Positions 10,024 to 19,519 of a stretch of DNA of 64,000 nt are shown here, in pieces (position 1 is the first letter of the stretch; every line of letters starts with the position of its first letter). The notes under the pieces are model-generated. The model was not told the DNA's origin, made no database searches, and saw only the letters and a list, made by a program, of their open reading frames with translations. The position numbers were made by a program, and so were the translations under genes. The DNA is from an uncultured Candidatus Saccharibacteria bacterium (GTDB lineage Bacteria; Patescibacteriota; Minisyncoccia; Phycocordibacterales; Phycocordibacteraceae), in the NCBI GenBank assembly GCA_964550425.1, contig CAZJZB010000001.1:3509-67508 (forward strand), read 5' to 3'.

Positions 10024-11259
10024 CTAAATTGCCGATGAGAGCGAATAAATCGGCGCAATCATCGAGACCGCGAAGACACCGACGACCGTGCCGATGAGGA
10101 GCATAAGGACCGGTTCAATGATGGTCGAGAGATCTTTTGTCTTTGCCGCAACATCCGCTTCGTAAAACTCGGCGACTTGTTTCAACATCTCGGCGACTTT
10201 GCCGGTCTCTTCCCCCACCGCGACCATCTCACTCATTAAAATTGGATAGAGTTTCGTATGTTCAGCAAAGGATGTGGAAAGGAGTTCCCCTTTCTTTACA
10301 TGCATCTCGGCTTCTTCCACGACCCGTGCGAATGCATCCGCACGCACAACTTCTTTAGTTATAGAAAGTGCATCGAGCACCGGTACGCCAGTGGAAAGAA
10401 GCGATGAGAGAGTGCGGGATGCGCGCGCCGTATAGGTCTCGCGCACAAGTTCGCCGATAACCGGCAGATGAAGCGCTATCGCAAGCACTACCCTGCCTCC
10501 GAACCTTGAACGAATGAAAAGAACGCCGCCCACAAAGAACACGACAAGTCCCATAAGGACCAGAACGGCATGTGTCACCATAAAGTTCGATAGGGCGACG
10601 ATGGCGCGAGTCGCAAGCGGTATTTGTACCCCGAGTTGGATAAAGGTACTGGTCAATGTCGGTACCACGTAAATAAGCATCAATATACCGACAATGACGA
10701 CGGCGACAATAATGATTGCCGGATAGATCATCGCGCCTCTGATTTTACGCACCAATTCTTCCGCCCGCTCCATCTGAAGGGCGACGACAGTGAGCGCATC
10801 GGCAAGAGCGCCCGACTCCTCACCCGCTCTTACCATCGCGACAAATAACCCGGAGAATATCTTTGGATACTCAATTAACGCAGTATGGAACGACGATCCT
10901 TTTTTAATCGAGTCGGAAACCCCTAGCATAATCGCCTTCAAGCGCTTGTTGCTTGATTGCCGCTCGATGACCGAGAGTGCGCGTGAGAGCGAGAGACCGG
11001 CGGCAAGCATCGCAGAGAGATTCTTCGCCGTCCGAATAATCTCCGAGCGCTTCACGCCGGTGCCGATGCTGTACGAGAGCCACGCAGGAAGTTTAAGGAT
11101 TGTATCGCTTTCTTTAATTTCGACAACAACACTTCCCTCTTTCTGTATCTGGTCGTACACCGCGAAGCGCGAGGGCGCTTCGACAGTCCGTGTTTGATCA
11201 GGCACTCCCTCCTTCCGTACAGTGATGCGGAATTTCATACGCATAATCGTAGCATGCAA
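10024..11259 (-). CDS. pilC: type IV pilus assembly protein PilC / GspF family inner-membrane platform
   Basis: Two GspF-type repeats and three TM segments. Confidence 0.85.
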   Translation of the reverse strand: MHATIMRMKFRITVRKEGVPDQTRTVEAPSRFAVYDQIQKEGSVVVEIKESDTILKLPAWLSYSIGTGVKRSEIIRTAKNLSAMLAAGLSLSRALSVIERQSSNKRLKAIMLGVSDSIKKGSSFHTALIEYPKIFSGLFVAMVRAGEESGALADALTVVALQMERAEELVRKIRGAMIYPAIIIVAVVIVGILMLIYVVPTLTSTFIQLGVQIPLATRAIVALSNFMVTHAVLVLMGLVVFFVGGVLFIRSRFGGRVVLAIALHLPVIGELVRETYTARASRTLSSLLSTGVPVLDALSITKEVVRADAFARVVEEAEMHVKKGELLSTSFAEHTKLYPILMSEMVAVGEETGKVAEMLKQVAEFYEADVAAKTKDLSTIIEPVLMLLIGTVVGVFAVSMIAPIYSLSSAI

Positions 11260-11290
11260 ACAAACACAGAATCCATGTTACTATAAATCT

Positions 11291-11512
11291 ATGGCTACAT
11301 TTACCTCACACAATAAGCACAGCCCTCTGGCTTTTGAAGAAGCCCGAGAGAGTGTCGTCCGCCTTTCTACACTTAAGCCGTTTCTTACGTCCGCCGATGA
11401 AGAAACACTCTCAATTCTTATGGATAAAAAGCTTGTTGGTGATTTGCGGAAAAGCATCTCTGACGGCGGTATAGGGAAAGTGTCTTCTTTGCGCGGCATT
11501 CTATCGCGCTAG
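11291..11512 (+). CDS. putative Phd/YefM-like antitoxin
   Basis: C-terminal ETLSILMDKKLVGDLRKSI resembles the YefM tail; 14 bp upstream of a RelE/ParE toxin gene. Confidence 0.4.
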   Translation: MATFTSHNKHSPLAFEEARESVVRLSTLKPFLTSADEETLSILMDKKLVGDLRKSISDGGIGKVSSLRGILSR

Positions 11513-11525
11513 AAACACTTTTCTC

Positions 11526-11810
11526 ATGTATCGGCGGCTCGTTTCCAATTCAGCAAAACGCTCAATTAAAAAATTGCCACTCGCCGTCCGAAAAGCATTG
11601 TTTGAGGAGACCCAAGTTCTTGAACAAAATCCACATATCGGAGAAAAACTTTCCGGATCCCTCTCTTCTCTACACTCGTTTCATTTTTCAGTTAATGGCA
11701 TCACCTATCGCTCCGTCTACACGGTTGATGAAGAAAGACAAGAAATAACTTTCCATCTCGCCGGAGTTCGCGAAAACTTTTACGAGAAAGTGAAGCGGAT
11801 GTTCCGCTAA
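11526..11810 (+). CDS. type II toxin RelE/ParE family
   Basis: SAKRSIKKLP...NPHIGEKLSG...ITYRSVYTVDEERQEITFHLAGVREN fits the RelE/ParE fold pattern. Confidence 0.7.
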   Translation: MYRRLVSNSAKRSIKKLPLAVRKALFEETQVLEQNPHIGEKLSGSLSSLHSFHFSVNGITYRSVYTVDEERQEITFHLAGVRENFYEKVKRMFR

Positions 11811-12065
11811 TAAAAAACCGCACAATCCCCTCTCGGAAACTGCACGGCTGTTCGCGAAAATCTCCAGAGGGCTACGGATCAAAAGTTTTAAATGCAAATC
11901 AAGAAGCGGCGTTAGAGGAGAGAGATTTCCGCTTCTTTTCGCTTGCGCGGTCCGAAGCTCGCGCCGCTTCTGTTTTTGCTTTTGCAACTATGACCCATAG
12001 CCTTATAGAGACTTTCTATGAATATTGACCTTGTACACACCTTCAGGCAATGCAAAACACCTTGT

Positions 12066-12155
12066 AAATCTTCCACGCCTTGGTAGATTTACAATGATAA
12101 AGTCAGCAGATCCACACATTTGATACATTTTATGGTTTTACATACCATAAAACTA
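12066..12155. repeat. two short inverted repeats in an AT-rich non-coding stretch
   Basis: TGTAAATCT-N13-AGATTTACA and TTTTATGGT-ttta-cat-ACCATAAAA. Confidence 0.4.
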
Positions 12156-12183
12156 TGCAATTTACACACAAACAGTTTCCTTT

Positions 12184-12372
12184 TATTTCTGGCGAACGCA
12201 TACGGGCGCCGAGATAGATATCGTTCGCGAGTCCGGCGGCGCTATCGCTGCGATCGAATGCAAGTGGTCCAAGAGCGGTAAAGAGCCGGCCCTCTGGCGG
12301 CGGACCTACCCGGAGAGCACTTTCGCGACCATCAATCGCGACAATTATCTCCCCACACTTCTTGATCAGTGA
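12184..12372 (+). pseudogene. 3' remnant of an AAA-ATPase with a DUF4143-type C-terminal domain
   Basis: Frame gives ...TGAEIDIVRESGGAIAAIECKWSKSGKEPALWRRTYPESTFATINRDNY..., matching the conserved C-terminus of DUF4143 ATPases. No N-terminal ATPase body is present upstream. Confidence 0.45.
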
Positions 12373-12422
12373 TTCTTTGTTCCTTCAGGAACCGTTCAAT
12401 CGACATGTGGAAATAGCGATGG

Positions 12423-14171
12423 TTATTCGGTGACGGCGCGCATCACTTCCTCAATGCTGGTGATGCCGCGCGCGGCTTTGTAGAGACCGTCTTCAAACAT
12501 AGTGAGCATACCTTCCTTTTTTGCCTGCGCTTCTATAGCATCGCTTGTGCTCGAGCGAAGCATGATTTCTCTGATGGCGGGCGAGATAGCGAGAACTTCA
12601 TGAATACCAATGCGACTTTTGTAGCCATCTTCGCATTCGGCAGAGGGCAGTGGCCGATAGAATGGGATAGTGTCGATCGAGGAGTCCTTCTTCAGCAGTT
12701 TCTCGTCCCGAAGCGCCTTAAATGCGATGTCGAATTCCCCATCGCGCGCAATTTTTGCGCGCGTGGCTTTGTCTAGAGTGTACTCTTCTTTGCTCCCGCA
12801 AAGTTTTCGTACGAGCCGCTGTCCGATAATGACACGGATGGTCGAGACAAGAAGGAATGGTTCAACGCCCATATCAATAAGGCGCGGAATAGCGCCCGCG
12901 GCGCTGTTGGTGTGAATGGTTGAAAGTACCAGATGGCCGGTCAACGCAGCATTAATGGCGAGCGAGGCCGTTTCGCTGTCGCGGATTTCCCCGACCATGA
13001 TAATGTCCGGGTCCTGGCGCACAAGCGATCTCAGACCGTTGGCAAAAGTGAATCCTATTTGAGGATTCACTTGCGTTTGATTAACGCGCTTCATTTGATA
13101 TTCAATAGGGTCCTCAACTGTTGAAATGTTTACATCCGGCCGGTTTAAGATATCGAGCATGGTGTAGAGGGTCGTCGTTTTACCAGAGCCGGTCGGTCCC
13201 GATATGAGAATGATGCCAGTTGTCTGCTTGAGAGCATGGTGGATGCGCTCCATATTTTCGCCATGGAGACCGAGTGCCTCCATAGTGAAACCCTCGCCGG
13301 TTTCTCGCAGGAGGCGCATGACCGTCTTTTCGCCGAAAAAGGTTGGGAGGATCGACACGCGGAAGGACACCTTGTCGGCCTCGGTTTCCATCTTGAAACG
13401 GCCGTCCTGCGGAAGGCGTTTTTCGTCGAGTTTCAGATTGGAGAGTACTTTGATACGTGCGACGATGCCTGCCGCTGCCGCCCTCGGCAAGGTCATTGCG
13501 TCGTGGAGGATACCGTCAATGCGGTAACGGACCAGCACTTCGGTCTCCAAGGGTTCGATATGGATGTCCGAAGCGCCTTGCACGATGGCGTGTCGCAACA
13601 GTGTGTCGACGATGCGCACGATCGGCAAGTCCTCGGCCATTTTCTTCAGTTCACTGTCGGAAAGATCTCGGTTGTTCTCAGCGATGGCGCTGATTTTCCC
13701 CGCCTCGGTTGAAATAATGTCCCCGAACTCGTCCTTGAGCGACTTCTGATACTGCAGGAGTGCGGACTTGATACTCTCAGTGTCGGTCAATCGCGACAAT
13801 ATATTGAGCCCCGTCTTTTTGCGCACCGAATCGATTGATGCAAGGTCTTCGACATCGAGCATTCCCACTTCAAGCGAATCGCCCTCTTTCCGAAATGCAA
13901 TAATATTGTGCGTGCGTGCGATCGGTTCCGGAATGAGCGCGAGCACGTCGGGAGGGATGCGGCGCTCTTTCAAGTTCACGAAGGGGATGCCAAGCACATA
14001 GGCCTGAATGCGTCGCAGAGCATCCTCGGTCAGAAAGCCGCGCGAGACGAGGATATCGCCAAGTGGCTGCCCGCGTTTTGTCGCTTCGAGGGCGGCAGCA
14101 TCAATTTCCTTCTTGGCGACGATACCCGAATCGGTAATGAACTCTTTCATCTCGCTTTCCAACACGTGCAT
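12423..14171 (-). CDS. pilB: type IV pilus assembly ATPase PilB / GspE family
   Basis: GPTGSGKTTTLY Walker A, Asp/His boxes and an N-terminal GspE_N-like domain. Confidence 0.9.
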   Translation of the reverse strand: MHVLESEMKEFITDSGIVAKKEIDAAALEATKRGQPLGDILVSRGFLTEDALRRIQAYVLGIPFVNLKERRIPPDVLALIPEPIARTHNIIAFRKEGDSLEVGMLDVEDLASIDSVRKKTGLNILSRLTDTESIKSALLQYQKSLKDEFGDIISTEAGKISAIAENNRDLSDSELKKMAEDLPIVRIVDTLLRHAIVQGASDIHIEPLETEVLVRYRIDGILHDAMTLPRAAAAGIVARIKVLSNLKLDEKRLPQDGRFKMETEADKVSFRVSILPTFFGEKTVMRLLRETGEGFTMEALGLHGENMERIHHALKQTTGIILISGPTGSGKTTTLYTMLDILNRPDVNISTVEDPIEYQMKRVNQTQVNPQIGFTFANGLRSLVRQDPDIIMVGEIRDSETASLAINAALTGHLVLSTIHTNSAAGAIPRLIDMGVEPFLLVSTIRVIIGQRLVRKLCGSKEEYTLDKATRAKIARDGEFDIAFKALRDEKLLKKDSSIDTIPFYRPLPSAECEDGYKSRIGIHEVLAISPAIREIMLRSSTSDAIEAQAKKEGMLTMFEDGLYKAARGITSIEEVMRAVTE

Positions 14172-14247
14172 ATGCGATGAAGTATAGCGCGCTTCGCCCC
14201 TACAGGGTACGCAGTAGCACCTATTAACACTGTCATACCTACACTCA

Positions 14248-14264
14248 TTGACAATGAGTGAGTG
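14248..14264. promoter_or_regulatory. perfect palindrome ACTCATTG-A-CAATGAGT containing a TTGACA -35-like hexamer
   Basis: Lies in the divergent pilB / 14332 gene intergenic region. Confidence 0.3.
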
Positions 14265-14331
14265 GAGAATAAACTATAGAAGTTAATACAATTGCCAGAA
14301 ATTATTCATTATTTACAGTCGCACATAATGT

Positions 14332-15375
14332 ATGGGAAATAATCTTATAGTAAAAATCGTCGTCGGAGCAGCATCCTTCGGAGTGGTCATGCCAGTATTT
14401 GCACATGGCGAAGAAACCACACCCGTTCCTCCGCCTATCAAACCGACCATTTTCCAAGAAGTAAAAGATATTCAACAGGATGTTCGGGATACTCGTCAAG
14501 AAATGAAAAAGGAGATAAAAGACGTGCGACAGGATACGCGCAAGGAAATAAAAAATGTCCGCCAGGAAGCAAAGCAGGAATTCAAGGATGTGCGGCAAGG
14601 CGCCCGTGAAGAATTTAAGAACACCAAGCAGGAAATGAAGACCGACGTAAAGGAACTTCGCGATACTGCGCGTGGAGAAATGGAAAATATCAGAAAAACA
14701 GGCGATACGGCAGAAATTCAAGCAAAACGAGAAGAATTGAAAGCGGCTATGGAGCAAAAAAGAGAAGAGTTCAAGCAGAAATTGGATGACTCAAGGAGGG
14801 ATGCAAAGGCGCGTATGGATGTGAAAAAGCTAGAACTGAAAAATCGCCTTGTAAAAATAAAGGACGAAAAGAAAAAGGCAGTCGTTGAGAAAATTGACGG
14901 CCGACTTGACGAGCTGAACGCGAAGCGCCTCGAGCATTTTTCCGAAGTTCTCGTGAAAATCGGCGCGGTTATGGAAAAAATAAATATTCGGGTTGAAAAA
15001 GCGGCGGCTAGAGGGCTTGATGTTAGCGCGGTGCGAACGGCCTTGACTCTAGCCGATACGGCAATAGCAGCCAGCAAAACGGCCATTGTAAGCCAGACCG
15101 CAAAAACATACATTATCACGGTTACGGATGAAGCAACGCTTCGCCAGAACGTCGAGACAGCGCGGCAGGCCCTCCGGACAGATCTGAAGGCGGTTGAACA
15201 GACCGTAAAAGATGCGCGTGAGGCCGTACGAAAGGCAGCAACAACTCTTGCGGGCATTCGGGGCATTAATGACGCTGATACGCAATCAGCCACCGCACCA
15301 GTTACTGCAGAAACAGGAACGACGGAAACCCAATCCCAATCCCAAACCGGCACAACCGAAACCGTTACACAATAA
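14332..15375 (+). CDS. secreted coiled-coil protein with tandem ~11-residue charged repeats
   Basis: Signal peptide, then repeats (K/R)(E/Q)(E/M)(I/F)K(D/N)VRQ... Confidence 0.55.
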   Translation: MGNNLIVKIVVGAASFGVVMPVFAHGEETTPVPPPIKPTIFQEVKDIQQDVRDTRQEMKKEIKDVRQDTRKEIKNVRQEAKQEFKDVRQGAREEFKNTKQEMKTDVKELRDTARGEMENIRKTGDTAEIQAKREELKAAMEQKREEFKQKLDDSRRDAKARMDVKKLELKNRLVKIKDEKKKAVVEKIDGRLDELNAKRLEHFSEVLVKIGAVMEKINIRVEKAAARGLDVSAVRTALTLADTAIAASKTAIVSQTAKTYIITVTDEATLRQNVETARQALRTDLKAVEQTVKDAREAVRKAATTLAGIRGINDADTQSATAPVTAETGTTETQSQSQTGTTETVTQ

Positions 15376-15403
15376 AAGGTACTATCACTAACAACTCTCG
15401 TAT

Positions 15404-15631
15404 ATGAACAACAATGTTATCGTCCTCGCGGTCGTTATCGTTCTTATCGCTCTTGGCGTGTGGGCTTGGAATTCATCCTCGTATCAACCAAGCACGACGG
15501 AGACATATCCTGCAACGTCTCCGACAACGGAAGATACTACGACCGCCATTACCGATGATTTGTCAGGCATCCAGGTAGAAACGAGCGATGCGGACCTCAA
15601 CGCGTTGGACACGGATCTTCAAAATCTCTAA
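15404..15631 (+). CDS. small membrane-anchored protein (Thr/Ser/Asp-rich tail)
   Basis: One N-terminal TM helix; 75 aa. Confidence 0.4.
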   Translation: MNNNVIVLAVVIVLIALGVWAWNSSSYQPSTTETYPATSPTTEDTTTAITDDLSGIQVETSDADLNALDTDLQNL

Positions 15632-15651
15632 TCCCCGAACAGTAAAAAAGA

Positions 15652-15677
15652 AACCGGGCGCGCCGTTGGCGCGCCCG
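15652..15677. terminator. GC hairpin (rho-independent on the minus strand)
   Basis: GGGCGCGCC-gttg-GGCGCGCCC with an A-run on + (T-run on -). Confidence 0.6.
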
Positions 15678-15769
15678 TTCTCTTCATAATTTCAGTTCAT
15701 GTATAGAAAAGTGTAACGCGCCGAAAGCATGACCTCGGCGCGTTATGCGAAATTGCAGGGTGTGGGATA

Positions 15770-15967
15770 TCATCCGGCGTCGTACATACGAACGTATCCG
15801 CCGCACTTTGTGCAATGTACGTCGCCATCATGCCACGTCGAGTCGTAGTTCCGCACTTCCTGCTCGGCCGGAGGAGCTCCGCAACCCGGACAATTTGGTG
15901 AAGAAACTGCAAGTGCATGAAGGACTTCCACGTGAACAAACAACAGTGATTTTTTACTCCTTCTCAT
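15770..15967 (-). CDS. small zinc-ribbon protein (CxxC...CxxC)
   Basis: CPGCG ... CTKCGG; terminated by the 15652 hairpin. Confidence 0.35.
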   Translation of the reverse strand: MRRSKKSLLFVHVEVLHALAVSSPNCPGCGAPPAEQEVRNYDSTWHDGDVHCTKCGGYVRMYDAG

Positions 15968-16014
15968 AGCGAATCCCTCCTTTTTTCTCCTCGCACCCTA
16001 CTCCTCAACTTCGA

Positions 16015-16043
16015 TTGACGCAACTTTCTCTTTTTGCTATCAT
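16015..16043 (+). promoter_or_regulatory. sigma70-like promoter upstream of nusA
   Basis: TTGACG - 17 nt - TATCAT. Confidence 0.45.
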
Positions 16044-16105
16044 GCGCCTACTTGAATGCCCCATAGGGGCTTTCTTATTAAAAAAGTGCGACATACATAT
16101 TCCAT

Positions 16106-17470
16106 ATGATTGATTTAAAAACCATCAATGCAGTGCTCGGAGAGTTTGAAGATCGCGGTATTACCCGCGAAACGATGATTGATGCCATCGAGGTCGCCAT
16201 GGCGACCGCCTACAAGCGCGAATACGGCAAGCGCGGCCAGGTCGTACGCGCGAAACTCGACCTCTCGACCGGCACTATTTCTTTTGAACAGGTGAAGACC
16301 GTGGTGGACGATACCACCGTGCGCTTCCCTACCCCCGATGAAGAAGCAGTGAAGGAACATGCGCACCCCCACGGATTTCATGCCGAGGAAGAGCATCTTG
16401 CGGACGGCGAATTGCCACGTTTCGATCCAGAAAAACATATTCTTCTTGACGACGCAAAACGCATGAGACGCGGGGTTGGAGTGAGCGAAGAGATAATCTT
16501 CCCGCTCGAACCGCAGGACGACTTCGGCCGCATTGCGGCGCAGACCGCCAAGCAGGTGGTCATCCAGAAAGTGCGCGAGGCCGAAAAACTCTCCATGATG
16601 GAGGAGTTTGGCGAGAAGAAGGGTCAAATAGTCGGTGGCATTGTGCAGCGCATGGAGCGCGGTGCGATCTTCGTTGATCTTGGCCGCACGACCGGCATCA
16701 TTCCCTACGAGGAACAGATTCCGGGCGAGCGGTATCGTATGGGCGAGCGCATCCGCGCCTATCTGTACGCAGTGGATGAGGGATTCCGCGGCGTATATCT
16801 TCGGCTTTCTCGAGCACATCCCCAGTTTGTGGTGAAGCTTTTTGAAATGGAGGCGCCGGAACTCGCAGCCGGCTCTATTGAGGTCAAAGCGCTTGCGCGC
16901 GAGCCGGGCAGTCGCACCAAAATTGCCCTCGCCTCGCTTGATGCGCATGTCGACCCTGTCGGCTCCCTTGTCGGCCAGCGCGGCGTGCGCGTCTCGACGG
17001 TCATGAGCGAGCTCGGCGGTGAGCGTATCGACATTATCGAATGGAACGCTGACGCGAAGGAATTCGTGAAGGAGGCACTCTCCCCAGCTACTCCAATTGA
17101 CGTGGTATTGAATGAAGATGATCATCGCGCGACTGTAACGGTCTCCGAGGATGAACAGTCGCTCGCTATCGGCCGCGGCGGACAGAATGTCCGCCTCGCG
17201 GCGAAACTTACCGGCTGGAACATAGATATTGTCTCCGCGGGAGGTAACGAGGTGGCGGAATCCAACGGAGAATCAGTCGCCATTACGGCCAATGAAGAGG
17301 ATCCAGCCGAAGCGGCGGGGCTCATGCCGACCGAGAGTGTTGAGATCGTTACCGACGAAGCCCCTCAGATCACTCGACTCCCCGCCGAGGAAGAATTAAC
17401 CGCACTTCCGGCTTCTGATGAGACCGCGGCCGATGCGGAAGAGGATCGCGACAAAGCGAAAGACGAATAA
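16106..17470 (+). CDS. nusA: transcription termination/antitermination factor NusA
   Basis: NusA N-domain, S1 domain (GQIVGGIVQRMERGAIFVDLG) and two KH domains. Confidence 0.9.
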   Translation: MIDLKTINAVLGEFEDRGITRETMIDAIEVAMATAYKREYGKRGQVVRAKLDLSTGTISFEQVKTVVDDTTVRFPTPDEEAVKEHAHPHGFHAEEEHLADGELPRFDPEKHILLDDAKRMRRGVGVSEEIIFPLEPQDDFGRIAAQTAKQVVIQKVREAEKLSMMEEFGEKKGQIVGGIVQRMERGAIFVDLGRTTGIIPYEEQIPGERYRMGERIRAYLYAVDEGFRGVYLRLSRAHPQFVVKLFEMEAPELAAGSIEVKALAREPGSRTKIALASLDAHVDPVGSLVGQRGVRVSTVMSELGGERIDIIEWNADAKEFVKEALSPATPIDVVLNEDDHRATVTVSEDEQSLAIGRGGQNVRLAAKLTGWNIDIVSAGGNEVAESNGESVAITANEEDPAEAAGLMPTESVEIVTDEAPQITRLPAEEELTALPASDETAADAEEDRDKAKDE

Positions 17471-17473
17471 CGA

Positions 17474-17521
17474 GGCGCTAGGCACTAGCAGGTATTTAAC
17501 TAAATCCTAGCGCCTAGCGCC
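17474..17521 (+). terminator. hairpin after nusA built from TAGGCAC / TAGCGCC heptamer units
   Basis: GGCGCTAGG ... CCTAGCGCC. Confidence 0.4.
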
Positions 17522-17542
17522 TACTCCTGCTATCTTTTATCT

Positions 17543-18061
17543 ATGAACTTATTACACGATATTGATTCGGGCACGAAGGAAGAAATGAACGTCATTATCG
17601 AGATCCCGAAGGGCTCCCACAATAAATACGAGATAGATAAGAAGACGGGAGTCATCAAACTTGACCGCGTTCTCCATAGCGCGCAGGACTACCCATTTGA
17701 CTACGGGTTCGTGCCGCAAACACTCTGGGATGATGGCGATGCGCTCGACGTCGTCCTGCTCACCACACATTCGCTTGCGCCCGGCATTCTTGTCCCCGCA
17801 AGGATGATCGGTATTCTGCACATGACCGACGGCGGCGAAGCGGATGAGAAAATTATCGCGGTTGCCTCGGGCGATCCGCGCTACGCTTCCGTGAAGGATA
17901 TAGGGGATGCTAATCAGCATGTGTTGAAGGAGATAGCGCATTTCTTCGCGACCTATAAACAAATTCAGAAGAAAGAGGTCGTTGTCGGTGAGTTCGAGGG
18001 TCGTCTTGCGGCCGAGACCGCATATGAACGCGCACGAAAGATGTATGATGGTTCAAAATAG
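17543..18061 (+). CDS. ppa: inorganic pyrophosphatase
   Basis: EIPKGSHNKYE, DRVL, DYGFVPQTLWDDGDALDVV. Confidence 0.9.
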   Translation: MNLLHDIDSGTKEEMNVIIEIPKGSHNKYEIDKKTGVIKLDRVLHSAQDYPFDYGFVPQTLWDDGDALDVVLLTTHSLAPGILVPARMIGILHMTDGGEADEKIIAVASGDPRYASVKDIGDANQHVLKEIAHFFATYKQIQKKEVVVGEFEGRLAAETAYERARKMYDGSK

Positions 18062-18062
18062 T

Positions 18063-18290
18063 ATGAACAACGAGCCGCTACTTCCTTCTGGCGACACAAC
18101 TCTACAGACCAACATGCCTGCAACGCCTAGTACCGTACCGTTCGGGACACCCTCTCCAAAGGCGCAATCCTGGGGTGCCCTCATCTCCATCATCATCATC
18201 GTGCTCATGATCATCATCGGCGCGTTCTATTCCTGGGGCAAAAGGATCGCCGAGGTGAATGTTCCCATAGAGCCCTCGATCGTACAGTAA
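18063..18290 (+). CDS. small membrane protein (one TM helix)
   Basis: ALISIIIIVLMIIIGAFYSW. Start placed after the ppa stop; ORF-track start 17982 overlaps ppa. Confidence 0.35.
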   Translation: MNNEPLLPSGDTTLQTNMPATPSTVPFGTPSPKAQSWGALISIIIIVLMIIIGAFYSWGKRIAEVNVPIEPSIVQ

Positions 18291-18312
18291 AACATAAAAT
18301 CTATTTATACTT

Positions 18313-18915
18313 ATGAAAATGAACACTCAACCACGCGCTTCAATGCTTATCCCAATGGTTATCGAGAAAAGTCAGTTTGGCGAGCGCGCCTATGACATTT
18401 ACTCGCGTCTTCTCAAGGAGCGTATCGTTTTTCTCGGCGGGCCTATTGATGACGACGTCGCGAATCTCGTCATCGCTCAGCTACTCTTCCTCGAAGCAGA
18501 AGATCCGAAGAAGGACATTTCGCTCTATATCAATTCCCCGGGTGGTTCGGTCACAGCAACGCTTGCGATGGTTGACACGATGAACCATGTGAAGCCCGCT
18601 GTCTCGACCGTCTGTGTCGGCATGGCGGCTTCCGGCGCGGCTATTCTCCTCTCCGCAGGAGAAAAAGGCAAGCGTTTTGCGCTCCCAAATGCCGAAGTGA
18701 TGATCCATCAGCCGCATGGCGGCGCCGAAGGTCAGGCGACCGATATCGAGATCACCGCAAAGCAGATCTTGAAGCTTCGAGCCGTACTGAACAAAATCCT
18801 TTCGAAAAACACCAGCCAGCCGCTCGCGAAGATAGAAAAAGACGTCGAACGTGACTTCTTCATGACTGCTGATGAAGCGAAGAAATACGGTCTTGTTGAT
18901 AAGGTGTATTCATAG
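18313..18915 (+). CDS. clpP: ATP-dependent Clp protease proteolytic subunit
   Basis: [10 protein letters not shown] (Ser), MIHQP (His), and a YGLVDKV tail. Confidence 0.9.
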   Translation: MKMNTQPRASMLIPMVIEKSQFGERAYDIYSRLLKERIVFLGGPIDDDVANLVIAQLLFLEAEDPKKDISLYINSPGGSVTATLAMVDTMNHVKPAVSTVCVGMAASGAAILLSAGEKGKRFALPNAEVMIHQPHGGAEGQATDIEITAKQILKLRAVLNKILSKNTSQPLAKIEKDVERDFFMTADEAKKYGLVDKVYS

Positions 18916-18927
18916 AATAGTTATTCT

Positions 18928-19425
18928 ATGAAAGAATTTCTTCAGACAGGATGGTTCAAGGTTGTTTTTGTTGTTGCAGTTCTACTATTGATGTGGGTTC
19001 TTACAACTAAAATTGCTGCTCATTTGGTTATTATAGTGAGTATTTATGTACTCGCCAGACTGCTAATAAAGATTGGCTCAACCACCGACGATATAGTTAG
19101 TAGGGCTAGTTGGGCAACAGGACTTTCTTTTATCATTGCTGTATTTGTTATACGTTTTCTAGAGGATGTGACAAATGTTGTCTTAAGCAGCGCAGAATCC
19201 TTTGATCTAGTCGTTCTAATAGTGCTTATTACACCAGCGTTTCTAATTATAAACGTATTGTTTAGAGGTCTCATCGGCTTTATCCAAAGATTTGTTCAAC
19301 TTCCTATTTCGATAAGTAACTTAGCATTCCAACCTCAACAAAATGTCACTAAAGAAATGGAAGCTTTTCTTATGAGTTTTTTGCTAGGGTTATTCCTATC
19401 CCTCATGATTGGAATATCAGCATAG
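18928..19425 (+). CDS. hypothetical membrane protein (AT-rich gene)
   Basis: Four or five hydrophobic helices; clearly lower GC than its neighbours. Confidence 0.5.
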   Translation: MKEFLQTGWFKVVFVVAVLLLMWVLTTKIAAHLVIIVSIYVLARLLIKIGSTTDDIVSRASWATGLSFIIAVFVIRFLEDVTNVVLSSAESFDLVVLIVLITPAFLIINVLFRGLIGFIQRFVQLPISISNLAFQPQQNVTKEMEAFLMSFLLGLFLSLMIGISA

Positions 19426-19519
19426 AAAACATACTAAAATAGTCAGGCGATGGTGATGTAATTGCAGACACGAGACATACGAGACAGCGCCTTGACAGCA
19501 CTATACCAAAGTATATACC

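Noticed and set aside
14718-15353. 211-aa - strand ORF
   Set aside because: Antisense shadow of the repeat-protein gene 14332..15375.
16115-17125. 336-aa ORF on the - strand
   Set aside because: Antisense to nusA. It has no motifs and is rich in Arg/Ala/His, so it is a shadow ORF.
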